From assembly GCA_009873655.1 (NCBI GenBank), contig WAIB01000002.1:56413-120412 (forward strand): a stretch of DNA of 64,000 nt. Direction: 5' to 3'. The DNA is from Nitrospinota bacterium. GTDB taxonomy: Bacteria; Nitrospinota; Nitrospinia; Nitrospinales; VA-1. The position numbers and the translations under genes were made by a program. Every line of letters begins with the position of its first letter. Position 1 is the stretch's first letter. Under the pieces are notes generated by a model. That model was not told where the DNA came from. It was given only the letters and a program-made list of their open reading frames with translations, and ran no database searches. This document shows positions 38,239-48,307 of the stretch, piece after piece.

Positions 38239-39453
38239 ATGGAATACCGTCGCTTTGGCAGGACCAATGAAAAAATATCCGTAATAACCCTGGGTGGAAT
38301 GCGTTTCAAGCATGGATGGAACCCTCCCCGAAGCCATCTCCCCAAGGAATCCATCCAAAATTGCATCGAAATAACCAGGCAGGCTTTGGGTGTCGGAATC
38401 AATCATATCGAGACAGCTCACGGTTATATGAAAAGCGAGAACCTTTTTGGGGTCGCGCTAAAAGAGTTAGGAACTCCGCGTGACCAATTCAAGATGATGA
38501 CTAAAGGGGCTCCCATGACCGGAGATGAAACACGAGCATTGGTCGAAGAGCAATTGAAAAGTTTGAAAATCGATTACCTCGATTTTTATGGATGGCATGG
38601 AATAAACAATAAAGAAAGATTGCAAGCGGCCACAAAGCCGGGAGGGCCTGTGGAAGTTTTGCATCGACTGAGGGAAGAAGGTGTGATTCGACATGTAGGA
38701 TTTTCCACCCACGCTCCTTTGGACATCATTTTACAAGCTCTGAATACCGATCTGTTCAGTTTCGTAAATCTCCATTATTACTATTTTTTTCAGCGCAACC
38801 TGGAAGCCGTTCGATTGGCCGGGAAAAAGGATATTGGCGTTTTTATTATTTCCCCGAATGAAAAAGGAGGGATGCTGTGGAAGCCTTCAGGCATTGTTAA
38901 GGGTACTTGTGAACCCATGTCGGCAATTCAGTTCAACGGCCGATTTTGCCTTGGGCACCCTGAGATCACAACGCTGAGTATGGGAATGCACGAGCCGGAT
39001 CATTTTCCACAAAACCTTTCAGTTTTAAGTAAGGAGAAAATTTATGCAGACAATGAACCGGAAATCCGGAGGGAGATGGACCAGCGGCTAGCTGAAGTGA
39101 AGGGTCTTTGTACCCTCTGCAGTGAATGTCTGCCCTGCCCGGAAGAAATTAATATTCCCGAAGTATTGCGTTTCAGGAATCTTTTGAATGCCTATGAGAT
39201 GGAAGATTATGGGAAATTTCGATACAACATGTTCGAAGGTGAAGGGCATTGGTTTCCGGGAAACTTTGCATCCAAGTGCACCGAGTGTGGAGATTGTCTA
39301 CCCAGATGTCCGGAAAAACTGGAAATTCCCAGGTTATTATTTGAGACCCACCGGAGACTGTTTGACAGGAAAGCCTGGTTAAAAAGCAAATCGTTTGAGT
39401 TTGCAGCCAGTTGTTACAAATTTTTCAAAAGGTTTGTTCCTTGGATGAGTTGA
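38239..39453 (+). CDS. Aldo/keto reductase with a C-terminal 4Fe-4S ferredoxin-like domain (COG1453-type)
   Basis: AKR N-terminus (MEYRRFGRTNEKISVITLGGMRF...IETAHGY), then CTLCSECLPCP and CTECGDCLPRCP. Confidence 0.85.
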   Translation: MEYRRFGRTNEKISVITLGGMRFKHGWNPPRSHLPKESIQNCIEITRQALGVGINHIETAHGYMKSENLFGVALKELGTPRDQFKMMTKGAPMTGDETRALVEEQLKSLKIDYLDFYGWHGINNKERLQAATKPGGPVEVLHRLREEGVIRHVGFSTHAPLDIILQALNTDLFSFVNLHYYYFFQRNLEAVRLAGKKDIGVFIISPNEKGGMLWKPSGIVKGTCEPMSAIQFNGRFCLGHPEITTLSMGMHEPDHFPQNLSVLSKEKIYADNEPEIRREMDQRLAEVKGLCTLCSECLPCPEEINIPEVLRFRNLLNAYEMEDYGKFRYNMFEGEGHWFPGNFASKCTECGDCLPRCPEKLEIPRLLFETHRRLFDRKAWLKSKSFEFAASCYKFFKRFVPWMS

Positions 39454-39456
39454 ATC

Positions 39457-40554
39457 TCAAGCGGGAGAATCGCGATAAACTTTAAGAATATATGCAGGTT
39501 CCGTATCCGTATGGTCCTTGATAATTTTTATCATTTCAGATAGTGCATTTTGAAAGGCGTTTACAAGCCGGGGTTCGAAATCTTTACCACTGTTTTCTTC
39601 GATGATTTTCATGGATTCTTCTACAGAAAAAGCATCCTTGTAATACCGTTTACTTGTCAAGGCATCAAAAACATCTGCGACAGCAACAATTCTTCCTGCT
39701 AAAGGTATTTCCTCCGCTTTCAGTCCATAAGGGTAACCGGATCCATCCCATCTTTCTTGATGAGAAAGGGCGATGGATTCAGCCATTTGCATGAGTTCAG
39801 ACCGACTGCCGGATAAAATTTTTGCCCCTATCTCAGGATGTTTTTTCATTATTTTCCATTCTTTTTCGTTGAGTTTATCTGGCTTGAGCAGAATGTCATC
39901 GGGAATACCAATTTTTCCGACGTCATGCATGGGGCTTGCATGAAGGATGAGTTGACATTCTTTTTTACTCAAACCAATTTCTTTTGCAAGCTGGGCCGAC
40001 AACCTGCTCATACGGATGACATGCATCCCGGTCTCGTTATCCCGGTATTCAGCCGCTCGGCCTAAACGTAAAATGGCTTCGAGCCGTGTTTCTTCCAAGT
40101 CGTGAGTTCTTTCCTTCACCTTGAGCTCAAGTAACCGATTTTGATCACGAATCTGATTATGCAGAAGCCGGATTTCGAGCATATTTGTAATTCTTTGACT
40201 GACTTCTGTAATGTCAAAAGGTTTGCCGAGAAAATCGCGAGCCCCTGCTGCCAAAGCACGAAGACGTGTATTGCGATCGGATTGCGCGGTTAAAACTAAA
40301 ATGGGAGCATAGGAGTCTTCTTCAAATTCCCTGAGTTGCTCCATAACCTGAAATCCATCGAGATGCGGCATATTCAAATCGAGCAAAACCAGATCGGGAT
40401 TCATCTCCTTATACATGGACAGGGCTTTTCGTGAATCGAGAGTGCTGCGAAAATAGGTATAGCCTTCCTGCTCCAAAATATCTTCGAGCAAGGCAATGTT
40501 TGCCGGTTCATCGTCCACGATCAGAATTTTGGATTTTAAAAAATTTACTTTCAT
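39457..40554 (-). CDS. Response regulator with HD-GYP output domain (RpfG-like c-di-GMP phosphodiesterase)
   Basis: Receiver (ILIVDDEP...LLDLNMPHLDG...GKPF) followed by HDVGKIGIPD...HQERWDGSGYP. Confidence 0.9.
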   Translation of the reverse strand: MKVNFLKSKILIVDDEPANIALLEDILEQEGYTYFRSTLDSRKALSMYKEMNPDLVLLDLNMPHLDGFQVMEQLREFEEDSYAPILVLTAQSDRNTRLRALAAGARDFLGKPFDITEVSQRITNMLEIRLLHNQIRDQNRLLELKVKERTHDLEETRLEAILRLGRAAEYRDNETGMHVIRMSRLSAQLAKEIGLSKKECQLILHASPMHDVGKIGIPDDILLKPDKLNEKEWKIMKKHPEIGAKILSGSRSELMQMAESIALSHQERWDGSGYPYGLKAEEIPLAGRIVAVADVFDALTSKRYYKDAFSVEESMKIIEENSGKDFEPRLVNAFQNALSEMIKIIKDHTDTEPAYILKVYRDSPA

Positions 40555-40598
40555 TACATTTTCCGGAACTTATTTAAATCCTTAAAAAGTTTTAAGAA

Positions 40599-43500
40599 TC
40601 AGGATGCATATTTTTCAACGACTGCTTTAAATTCCGATATGTTCAGGGGCTTGGTCAGATAACTTTCAAAACCCGCCTTCAGAGCCCGATTTATATCTTT
40701 TTCCATGGCGTTGGCACTGATGGCGATGACCGGTATTTCATGGGTCTCTTCCATATTTTGTAATCGTTTCAAAGTTTCTAATCCGTCGATACCGGGTAAG
40801 TTGATGTCCAGCAAAATCAGATCCGGTCGGTGCGCATGCGCCATATCCAAACCCATTTCGGCCCGGGGCGCTTTTAGCAGTTCGATTCCATGAAAATCGG
40901 AAAGAATGTCCTGCACCAGAAGCATGTTTGCTTCATTGTCTTCTATGTACAGGATATGAAATTTATTATTTCTGGTTTCAGCGCACTTTTTATCAAATGG
41001 CCGGAGGTCTCTTTCTCGGTTGAGGACCTCATTATCGCAAGTGGGTAAGGATACGGAAAAACAGGAGCCTATTCCCGGTTCACTTTTAACTGTTAAGTTG
41101 CCATTCATTAACTCAACCAGCTTCTTGGATATGGTCATCCCAATTCCCGTACCTTCAGTATTACTGTTCTCGGCACCCAATCGATCGAAGGGTTCAAAGA
41201 TTTTTTCCAGTTTTTCAGAAGGAATCCCCATTCCTGTATCGGTCACCTGGATGATAATGCGGTCGGGGTTTTTGAAAGCCAGACTCAAAGTTACGCTGCC
41301 TTCTTTTCTATTGTATTTGATACCGTTGCTAACCAGGTTGAGCAAGACTTGATTGAGCCGGGTTTTGTCAGCCAGAACATCGAAGTTTTCATAAGCCGAA
41401 ATTTCATCTATCAACTCAATGCCAAATTTTTCAGCCACGGGTTTGGTTACGTTTAATACATCTCTTACCAGTTCGTCGATCCGCACCGGCTCCAGGGAAA
41501 CGGAGATTTTTCCTGCTTCAATTCGGGCAAGATTAAGGACCTCGTTAATTAATTCCAATAAATGATTCCCGGCTTTTAATATTTGATTCAATCGGGATTT
41601 ATGGGAGTTGGAAAGAGGGTCTTTTTGGCTTTCATTCATAATCTGCGCAAACCCAAGAATCGCGTTCATGGGAGTTCGCAACTCGTGGCTCATCCGGGAA
41701 AGAAATTCTGATTTTGCCTGGTTATGGCTTTCGGCCATTTCTTTTGCGGAATTCAACTCCTGGGTCCTCTCCTCAATCCGCTCTTCCAATTTGTTATACG
41801 CCATATGCAATTCGTTTTCCGCCGCCTTGCGGGCGCTAATATCAGTAAAAGTGACAACCGTGCCAATCAGTTCCCCTTTATCTATAATCGGTCTGCTCAT
41901 GTACTCGACCGGGAAGCTGGATCCATCTTTTTTCCAAAAAACTTTTTCGGTTTCATGATGGTCTTTCCCATCTTTGACGGCTGCGTAAATGGGGCATTCC
42001 TCCCTTGGATACTCTGTGCCATCGGGATGAGAATGGTGAATGGTGGAATGTTGAGGCTTGCCCCAAAGCTCTTCTTCTGAATACCCCAGCATTTTGCATG
42101 CTGCAGGGTTGACAAAGGTGATATTACCTTTCAAATCCAGCCCATATATTCCTTCTCCGGCCGTATTCAAGATCAGGTTACGCTCACGATTGGCAGATTC
42201 AATAGCCAGTTCGTTTGCTTTACGTTCTGAAATATCTCGAAGAATACCAACAAATATTTTTTTATCATCTTCAATACTTTCTGAGACGCTTAATTCCAAG
42301 GGGAAGAGGGAACCGTCTTTTCGCTTGCCAGTAACCTCGCTAACCATATTGATGACTTTTTTTTCTCCGGTATTTAGATAGTTATCCAGGTAACCTTCGT
42401 GTTCGCTGAAGTAAGACTCGGGCATCAGGATATTGACATTTTTCCCGATCAATTCATTTGAGGAATAACCGAATACTTTTTCTACGGCAGGGTTGATGGT
42501 CAGGATGGTTCCTTTCTGGTCGATCGCAATTATGGAGTCAAAAACGATATTGGTCAAAGAGGCCAATCGTTTTTGATTTTCCAGGGTCTGTTTTCGGGTT
42601 TTTAAAATTCGCGACCGCAAAAACAAACCCATGAGAACAGAAATTAACAGCAGGCCAAATAAGGTGTGGTACCAGAAAAGCAGGGTATTGAGGGGGGCCA
42701 GGGCTTCTTCTGAATCTATTTCTGTTGCGATGCCAAGATGCTGGTCTTCCAACCAGGTCCAGACACCCACTACGGGTACCCCCCTGTAATCGTTATATCC
42801 TTCAACGTTCACATCAGAATTTTTCACCAACGCACTTTTTGCCATTTTTGTGAAGGGCCAATTATACCTGTCCTCGTTTTTTTGTAAGGGGTTTTGCCTC
42901 AAGTCCCTGCCGGGATCACGAATTTGAACATTAAAAATGGAAGATTCATTGGGTTGAATCAGCCCTATTTTTTTCAGTTGCTCATCGAACCGGCTCTTAG
43001 AGACTAAAAAACCGTCTTCGTTGAAAGCGTAGGTTTCCCCGGTTTCTCCAAAACGGCTTATAGTAGATAGAACCCGGTCGAACTCTCTTTGCGGTCGAAG
43101 GCGAAAAGCCAGAACGCCCAGGATATTTCCATCGCTTTCTTTGACGGGGGTCGAAACAAATTGGGTGGGTTGGTTGCTAATGAATTTTCCGGTTGTATCC
43201 GGAAGGTTTACTTCAGCAGGGAATGGATTGGAGACAACGGTTTCACCTTGCATGGATCGGTAAAAAAAGGTGGACCGTTCGATTAATTGGCGCCTGCCTA
43301 AGGGTTCTTCGAGAACGGCTCCCACCTGGTATCCGGTGGAATCAAAAATAACGAACCCTATGAAACCATATTTTTCACAAGCCTTGCCCAGGTGTTCCCG
43401 CAACCATTTTAAATGCGAGGAACTCCTGAATTTTTCTGCAGGCAGATCTTCTTTTTCTCCCAACTGAATGAGGGAAACAATATTTTTATGTATTTCCGGC

Positions 43501-43751
43501 TGGTCAGCAAGAACCAGGGCTTCCAGTTTTTTATCTTCAAAAAATAGTTTTAACGATTCAACGTTGGCCCGGAGGGTTATCTGTAATTGATTGATTAAAT
43601 TTGTTTTAATTTGTTGCTCTATGGAGCGTACTCCAAATCGTGCAACGATAAATGAAATTATCAGAAAGCCGATAACCGGGGGTAAGAGATTGCGACCCGA
43701 TAAAGATAAACCACTAGCCCTGTTTTGCGAAAATGGTTGGGGCATTTTCAT
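40599..43751 (-). CDS. Hybrid sensor histidine kinase (periplasmic Cache-like domain, 2 PAS, HisKA, HATPase_c, receiver)
   Basis: Two TM segments flank a roughly 310-aa sensor domain. H-box SHELRTPMNAILGF, N/G boxes (LVSNGIKYN, DTGMGIP, GTGIGMT), and a C-terminal receiver (ILYIEDNEAN...LLDINLPGIDG...TKPL). Confidence 0.9.
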   Translation of the reverse strand: MKMPQPFSQNRASGLSLSGRNLLPPVIGFLIISFIVARFGVRSIEQQIKTNLINQLQITLRANVESLKLFFEDKKLEALVLADQPEIHKNIVSLIQLGEKEDLPAEKFRSSSHLKWLREHLGKACEKYGFIGFVIFDSTGYQVGAVLEEPLGRRQLIERSTFFYRSMQGETVVSNPFPAEVNLPDTTGKFISNQPTQFVSTPVKESDGNILGVLAFRLRPQREFDRVLSTISRFGETGETYAFNEDGFLVSKSRFDEQLKKIGLIQPNESSIFNVQIRDPGRDLRQNPLQKNEDRYNWPFTKMAKSALVKNSDVNVEGYNDYRGVPVVGVWTWLEDQHLGIATEIDSEEALAPLNTLLFWYHTLFGLLLISVLMGLFLRSRILKTRKQTLENQKRLASLTNIVFDSIIAIDQKGTILTINPAVEKVFGYSSNELIGKNVNILMPESYFSEHEGYLDNYLNTGEKKVINMVSEVTGKRKDGSLFPLELSVSESIEDDKKIFVGILRDISERKANELAIESANRERNLILNTAGEGIYGLDLKGNITFVNPAACKMLGYSEEELWGKPQHSTIHHSHPDGTEYPREECPIYAAVKDGKDHHETEKVFWKKDGSSFPVEYMSRPIIDKGELIGTVVTFTDISARKAAENELHMAYNKLEERIEERTQELNSAKEMAESHNQAKSEFLSRMSHELRTPMNAILGFAQIMNESQKDPLSNSHKSRLNQILKAGNHLLELINEVLNLARIEAGKISVSLEPVRIDELVRDVLNVTKPVAEKFGIELIDEISAYENFDVLADKTRLNQVLLNLVSNGIKYNRKEGSVTLSLAFKNPDRIIIQVTDTGMGIPSEKLEKIFEPFDRLGAENSNTEGTGIGMTISKKLVELMNGNLTVKSEPGIGSCFSVSLPTCDNEVLNRERDLRPFDKKCAETRNNKFHILYIEDNEANMLLVQDILSDFHGIELLKAPRAEMGLDMAHAHRPDLILLDINLPGIDGLETLKRLQNMEETHEIPVIAISANAMEKDINRALKAGFESYLTKPLNISEFKAVVEKYAS

Positions 43752-44084
43752 TCCAATTGCTAAGTTTTCCTTCCTGATAACTTAATTTATATAAATTTAC
43801 ATATATTTTCAAGATAAATTTATTAAAAATATTTTAATTGCTGAATTTAAAAAATTATTTTACTTTTCTCAAATTGATAAATAATGAGAATTTTGAATAT
43901 TTCTGAGATTTTTTTTATTAGATTTACCCCTATTTACCGTTGAATTTCAATCGAATAGGAGGGAATGGAAGTTGTTCTAAAATGACACTGATTTTGGAAA
44001 ACTTTTAACGAAAGAGGGAGACATTAAAACAGCTCGGGGTTATATTTGGTTTTGGGAAGCTATTGGAAAAAAGATTTTTTCTGA

Positions 44085-47000
44085 TTAATCAGAGGGGGCT
44101 TTTTGGCAGGATTCTTTCAATTCCCAGGCGTTTCGATAGGTGTCGTCTTTTTTAATAACCTTCTCAAGAAAAGGGAGTGCTTTGGTGCATTTATTCAGCA
44201 GGACAAAAATTTCTGCCATGATAAATTGCAGATGAATTTCATCAGGGTCGATCAGGTTATAGCGACCCCCGTACATCAGCACTTCTCTGGGTTCTCCCAA
44301 ACCACGAAAGCTGTAAACAATGCTCTGCAATATTTTCAAATTCATCTGGTCTTCCTGAAGCAGGGGAAGTGAATATTCCAGTGATCTCAGGTATTCCTTT
44401 TTCAAATTGTAATACTCTGCAAGGGATCTCAGGAGAACCGGGTCTTGTGGATTTTTTTCTATTTCCTTTAATAAACTCACCAGGCCGATTTCCCTCATTG
44501 CTGTCGCCATTTGCTGGGGGTCATATTTTGCGGTGTTTTGAAAATAGGTGAGGGCTTTTTCCTTTTCCCCTGTTTCCAGAAGGTTGTATCCCATATAGAG
44601 ATTGGCGATGCTCAATTTTGGGTTTTTTTCTAAAACCAATCGCAGAATTTCCATGCTTTGCTCATAGTTGGCGATCTGGTAAAAACTGTGCGCAAGGTTG
44701 AGAATGTATTGTAAATTATCAGGTTCTTCTTCAATGAGTTGGGTCAGGCGATGCATTTGCCTGCGGTCGGCCTGAAGATGATAACGGAAGAGGTCGTCGT
44801 CTTCCACAAGGGTCATGGCTTTTAAAAGCTGACCCCGGTTGCTGTACATCACTCCACGCTGGTAAAGGTCCATGGCATCGTAATGGGTTTTCAGCTTTTG
44901 TCGGTTTTCTTCAGACAGGTTTGAAATTTGCGATGCAACATCATCAAACCTTGCCCGGTTGAATACATACCTTTCCTGTCCGGGTATGCCGATGACATCA
45001 CCCAGCTCCAGGTAAAATTCAATAGCGGGATGGTTGTCAGTGATTATGGGGAACCCTTCCCCTAATTTGACAACCTGTTCGTTCAGCAGCCAGATGTTAC
45101 TCAAAAAAGAAAAAATGTCCGGAATCTCAATATCCGTTAACGCTTTTTTAATTTCAGGTTCCTGCAAACGCTCGTTCAATTTATCGAAATCAATTTTTAT
45201 AGGTTGGTTCGAGCCGATTATGAGGATTTCGTTTGCTACCGAAAGCCAACCCATCGTATAGGGAAATACAGACTGAAAGGTTTTGAAGTGCATCGCAACT
45301 TCTTTGTCTCCCTGGCTGTGTAAAGGAATCCATTGAGCTGCGATTCCACCCGGTTTCAGTCTTTTTTTCTGCAATTCATAATATTCCCGGGTATACAGGT
45401 TGACGGTAAAGGCCGTTCTGGGTGGAGGTGGTTCTGATGTGATGACGTCGTATAGTTTACTTGTGGTTAACAAATGGTTCCGGCCATCCTGAATCACAAA
45501 ATTCACTTTAGGATTGGTGAGGACATCATGGTTCTGGTCGGCGAACATTGTACCCGAGCGGATAACGCTGGAAGAAAGCTCCAGGCTGTCGACGGTTTTT
45601 ACCCGAGGGTGGATTCCAGCCGCCCCCGTAGTTTGGCCGGTACCAAAACAAACCACCAGAACATCATCGGGTTTATCGACCAGAAGGATAGGGACATGCG
45701 CAAAAAGCTTCATGTAACGGGTAGCGATCATGTTGGAAGCGGACATGGAAATTCCATTGGTGATCAACCGCCTGGCTGTTGGGTCCAACACTCCATATTC
45801 GTCTTTGAAAACCGCAACTGTATCCGATAAACCTTCTTCAAAAAAAATCAGTTTTTTAATATGTCGTTTTCCGGCACTGTCCCGCATAAAGAAGGAATTT
45901 AACAGGTCATTTGGAACAGAAATGTTTATAAAAAGAATCAGGCAGACAAAGACCACGGTCATCCCTTTTCTAATTGCTTTCCCGAAATAGTCCCCTGTGC
46001 GGAACAAAAGAACCATGGTAAACAAATTGATGGTTGCAATAAGGACAAGACTCGCTTGACTGCCAAAGTAGGGAAGGAAAAGAAAACCGGCAAACAGGGA
46101 ACCCAAAATAGCGCCCAGGGTATTGGCCGCATATATCTGCCCGGTGGACTGCCCGACGTTTTCATGCTTGCCGGAAATGAGTTGAATGAGCAGGGGAAAA
46201 CACATTCCCAAAAGCAGGGTGGGAACCAGCATCAGACCCGCGGAATCTTTAAAATAGGTTCCAAAAGCGGCAACAGGATTCCCAAGGTTATAGGCATTCC
46301 AGGGTGGGGAAAGAATGGATTCTATTTCATAAATGGAGCCGATGACATAAATTCCAACTCCACCTTGTAAAGTAATCAATATGGTACGCAGGTTTTTAAC
46401 CTTTGATAAAACCGGGATGAGTAGAATGCTTCCTGAAAATATTCCCAGGAGAAAGACAGTAAGCATCATGCTGAAGGAGTATACCGTGCTGGCAATGCTG
46501 AAGACCAAAAGCCGCGTCCATAAAACTTCATAGGCGAGTGCTGTGAACCCGCATATGAAACTGATCCCCACCCAGAGCTTCTGTTCGGAACTCAAACTCA
46601 CCTTGGGGAATTTAATTTTGGGTAGATAAAATTTAACGCCCCCTCCGATTTCTTCCTTATAAATGTTCAGCGCACTGATTCCTATAAACAGGTTGCCTGC
46701 AGCTGCCATCAAAACCGTTTGCAATACCCCAAACGTTCCCATTAAAAAAAAGCCTGTGACCAGACAGCCCAAAGCTGCACCCAGTGTGTTCAGGGCATAA
46801 AGCAGACTCACTTGCTTCCCTATTCGCTCGTCGCTGGTGACGCAATATTTACTGATCAGGGGAAGAGTTGCGCCCATAAAAGTTGTGGGAATCAACATCA
46901 ATACAAAAGACAAAACGATTTTCAATAAATTCTGCAAGGGAGGGGATTCCGGGATAATAGTGTGGAACAAGGAGTAAACTTCTGCAAAATTTGAAAATAA

Positions 47001-47288
47001 AAGGGAGAGAAGACCCCCACTGACAAATATCAGGATTTCTATCCAGCCGTATAAATGAAGCGCCTTCGAGGAAGTATCCAGTTTATTTTCTGACAACTTG
47101 TCAACGGCGTGGCCAAAAAGGTAGCTCCCAAATCCCAAACCCGCCATGAAGGCGGAAAGGACTACCGAGACGGAAAAAACGGTGTGCCCAAAAACCAGGG
47201 TGAGCATTCGGGTCCATACGATTTCATAAATAAGGGCCGTAATGCCTGATACAAAAAATAAGAAATAAACTATGGGAGAACGTTGCAT
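44085..47288 (-). CDS. Fused polytopic membrane domain / spermidine synthase-like (PABS) / TPR protein
   Basis: About 460 aa of MFS-like TM helices, a class I methyltransferase-fold PABS core (VLVVCFGTGQTTGA...VITSEPPPP) and C-terminal TPR repeats. Confidence 0.8.
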   Translation of the reverse strand: MQRSPIVYFLFFVSGITALIYEIVWTRMLTLVFGHTVFSVSVVLSAFMAGLGFGSYLFGHAVDKLSENKLDTSSKALHLYGWIEILIFVSGGLLSLLFSNFAEVYSLFHTIIPESPPLQNLLKIVLSFVLMLIPTTFMGATLPLISKYCVTSDERIGKQVSLLYALNTLGAALGCLVTGFFLMGTFGVLQTVLMAAAGNLFIGISALNIYKEEIGGGVKFYLPKIKFPKVSLSSEQKLWVGISFICGFTALAYEVLWTRLLVFSIASTVYSFSMMLTVFLLGIFSGSILLIPVLSKVKNLRTILITLQGGVGIYVIGSIYEIESILSPPWNAYNLGNPVAAFGTYFKDSAGLMLVPTLLLGMCFPLLIQLISGKHENVGQSTGQIYAANTLGAILGSLFAGFLFLPYFGSQASLVLIATINLFTMVLLFRTGDYFGKAIRKGMTVVFVCLILFINISVPNDLLNSFFMRDSAGKRHIKKLIFFEEGLSDTVAVFKDEYGVLDPTARRLITNGISMSASNMIATRYMKLFAHVPILLVDKPDDVLVVCFGTGQTTGAAGIHPRVKTVDSLELSSSVIRSGTMFADQNHDVLTNPKVNFVIQDGRNHLLTTSKLYDVITSEPPPPRTAFTVNLYTREYYELQKKRLKPGGIAAQWIPLHSQGDKEVAMHFKTFQSVFPYTMGWLSVANEILIIGSNQPIKIDFDKLNERLQEPEIKKALTDIEIPDIFSFLSNIWLLNEQVVKLGEGFPIITDNHPAIEFYLELGDVIGIPGQERYVFNRARFDDVASQISNLSEENRQKLKTHYDAMDLYQRGVMYSNRGQLLKAMTLVEDDDLFRYHLQADRRQMHRLTQLIEEEPDNLQYILNLAHSFYQIANYEQSMEILRLVLEKNPKLSIANLYMGYNLLETGEKEKALTYFQNTAKYDPQQMATAMREIGLVSLLKEIEKNPQDPVLLRSLAEYYNLKKEYLRSLEYSLPLLQEDQMNLKILQSIVYSFRGLGEPREVLMYGGRYNLIDPDEIHLQFIMAEIFVLLNKCTKALPFLEKVIKKDDTYRNAWELKESCQKAPSD

Positions 47289-47406
47289 ATTTTAATGGTT
47301 TCCGGTTTTATCTGGAAAATAATAGGCGAAAATGGGTTTTAAATCGGGATTTTTTTAAAAAATGCATCCTTGCATGGGCGACATATCCGGAAAACATTTA
47401 AATTAA

Positions 47407-47435
47407 TTGACAATGGCCCAGGCTTCAAGTAATTT
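47407..47435 (+). promoter_or_regulatory. Possible sigma70-type promoter for the PCP_red gene
   Basis: Perfect TTGACA, a 17-nt spacer, then TAATTT (a weak -10), about 40 nt upstream of the ATG. Sequence-only guess. Confidence 0.25.
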
Positions 47436-47476
47436 TTAATAATACCTGTGATTTTGCTAATAAAAAATTCTTTTAA

Positions 47477-48307
47477 ATGGGAACTCAAGAGATAAAGATC
47501 GCCGATGCAGACCATCCTTACGCAAAGGAGATGGGCGTTGTTTGGGCTGAGGAAGCCTGGGAACGCGTGAAGCATGCACCGGAATTTGTGCGGCCGGGAA
47601 TCCGAAAACTGATGGTGCAGCGTTGTGTTAAAAGGGGATATAAGATTGTTACCTCTGATTTTTTAACAGAAATCCGCAACGAATCCATGATGCTGGTTTC
47701 CAAGCGGGTCAAAGGTTTCGGGTTTGAAGAATTGACCATGGACGCATTTGATGTCGCCAAGGAAAAAATGCGGAAAAGCCCGCGCAAGGTAGAGGTGATT
47801 GAGGAGATAGAAGATTTTCTTTCGATGCGGACGGAAAAAAAGGACGATATAGTAGACAAATTCAAAAGCTATATGGAAGTGACCCCCACGTCGGGTATTC
47901 CCTGGAGTAAAGAAGCCAAGGAAAAAATGGAAAAGGTACCTCCTTTTGTTCTTGGTATGGCCAAGCAAACCATTGAAGGAAGGGCCAGGGAAAGGGGCGA
48001 CAAAATGATCACCCCGGATATCATTGATGAGGTTTTCACAAACATAATGCCATCTTCTGCCAAGCAGGCCATGGGGATGGAGGTGACAGAAGAAGACCTG
48101 AAGCAGGACGAACAGATCGAAAAACAAAAGGAAGAGCCGGTTCAGGTTTCCATGAAATGGGAAGATGATGCGTTGGAAAAGGTATCGCGCATTCCAATTC
48201 CATTTATTCGCAACATGGCTGTAAAGCGGATTGAACAGGAAGTGGTCAAGGCAGGTGAAGAGGTGGTAACCATGGACCTGTTCGAAAAATACCGTTTTAC
48301 TTTTTAG
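47477..48307 (+). CDS. Protein with three PCP_red (protochlorophyllide reductase ChlB C-terminal-like) domains
   Basis: Three copies of the W-x-x-E-A-x-x-x-(V/M)-x-x-(I/V)-P-x-F-(V/I)-R pattern: VWAEEAWERVKHAPEFVRPGIRK, PWSKEAKEKMEKVPPFVLGMAKQ, KWEDDALEKVSRIPIPFIRNMAVK. Confidence 0.7.
   Translation: MGTQEIKIADADHPYAKEMGVVWAEEAWERVKHAPEFVRPGIRKLMVQRCVKRGYKIVTSDFLTEIRNESMMLVSKRVKGFGFEELTMDAFDVAKEKMRKSPRKVEVIEEIEDFLSMRTEKKDDIVDKFKSYMEVTPTSGIPWSKEAKEKMEKVPPFVLGMAKQTIEGRARERGDKMITPDIIDEVFTNIMPSSAKQAMGMEVTEEDLKQDEQIEKQKEEPVQVSMKWEDDALEKVSRIPIPFIRNMAVKRIEQEVVKAGEEVVTMDLFEKYRFTF

Noticed and set aside
38161-38421. 86-aa and 71-aa minus-strand ORFs overlapping the start of the aldo-keto reductase gene.
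   Set aside because: They are antisense to the well-supported AKR N-terminus, have no motifs, and would leave no promoter space for either neighbour.
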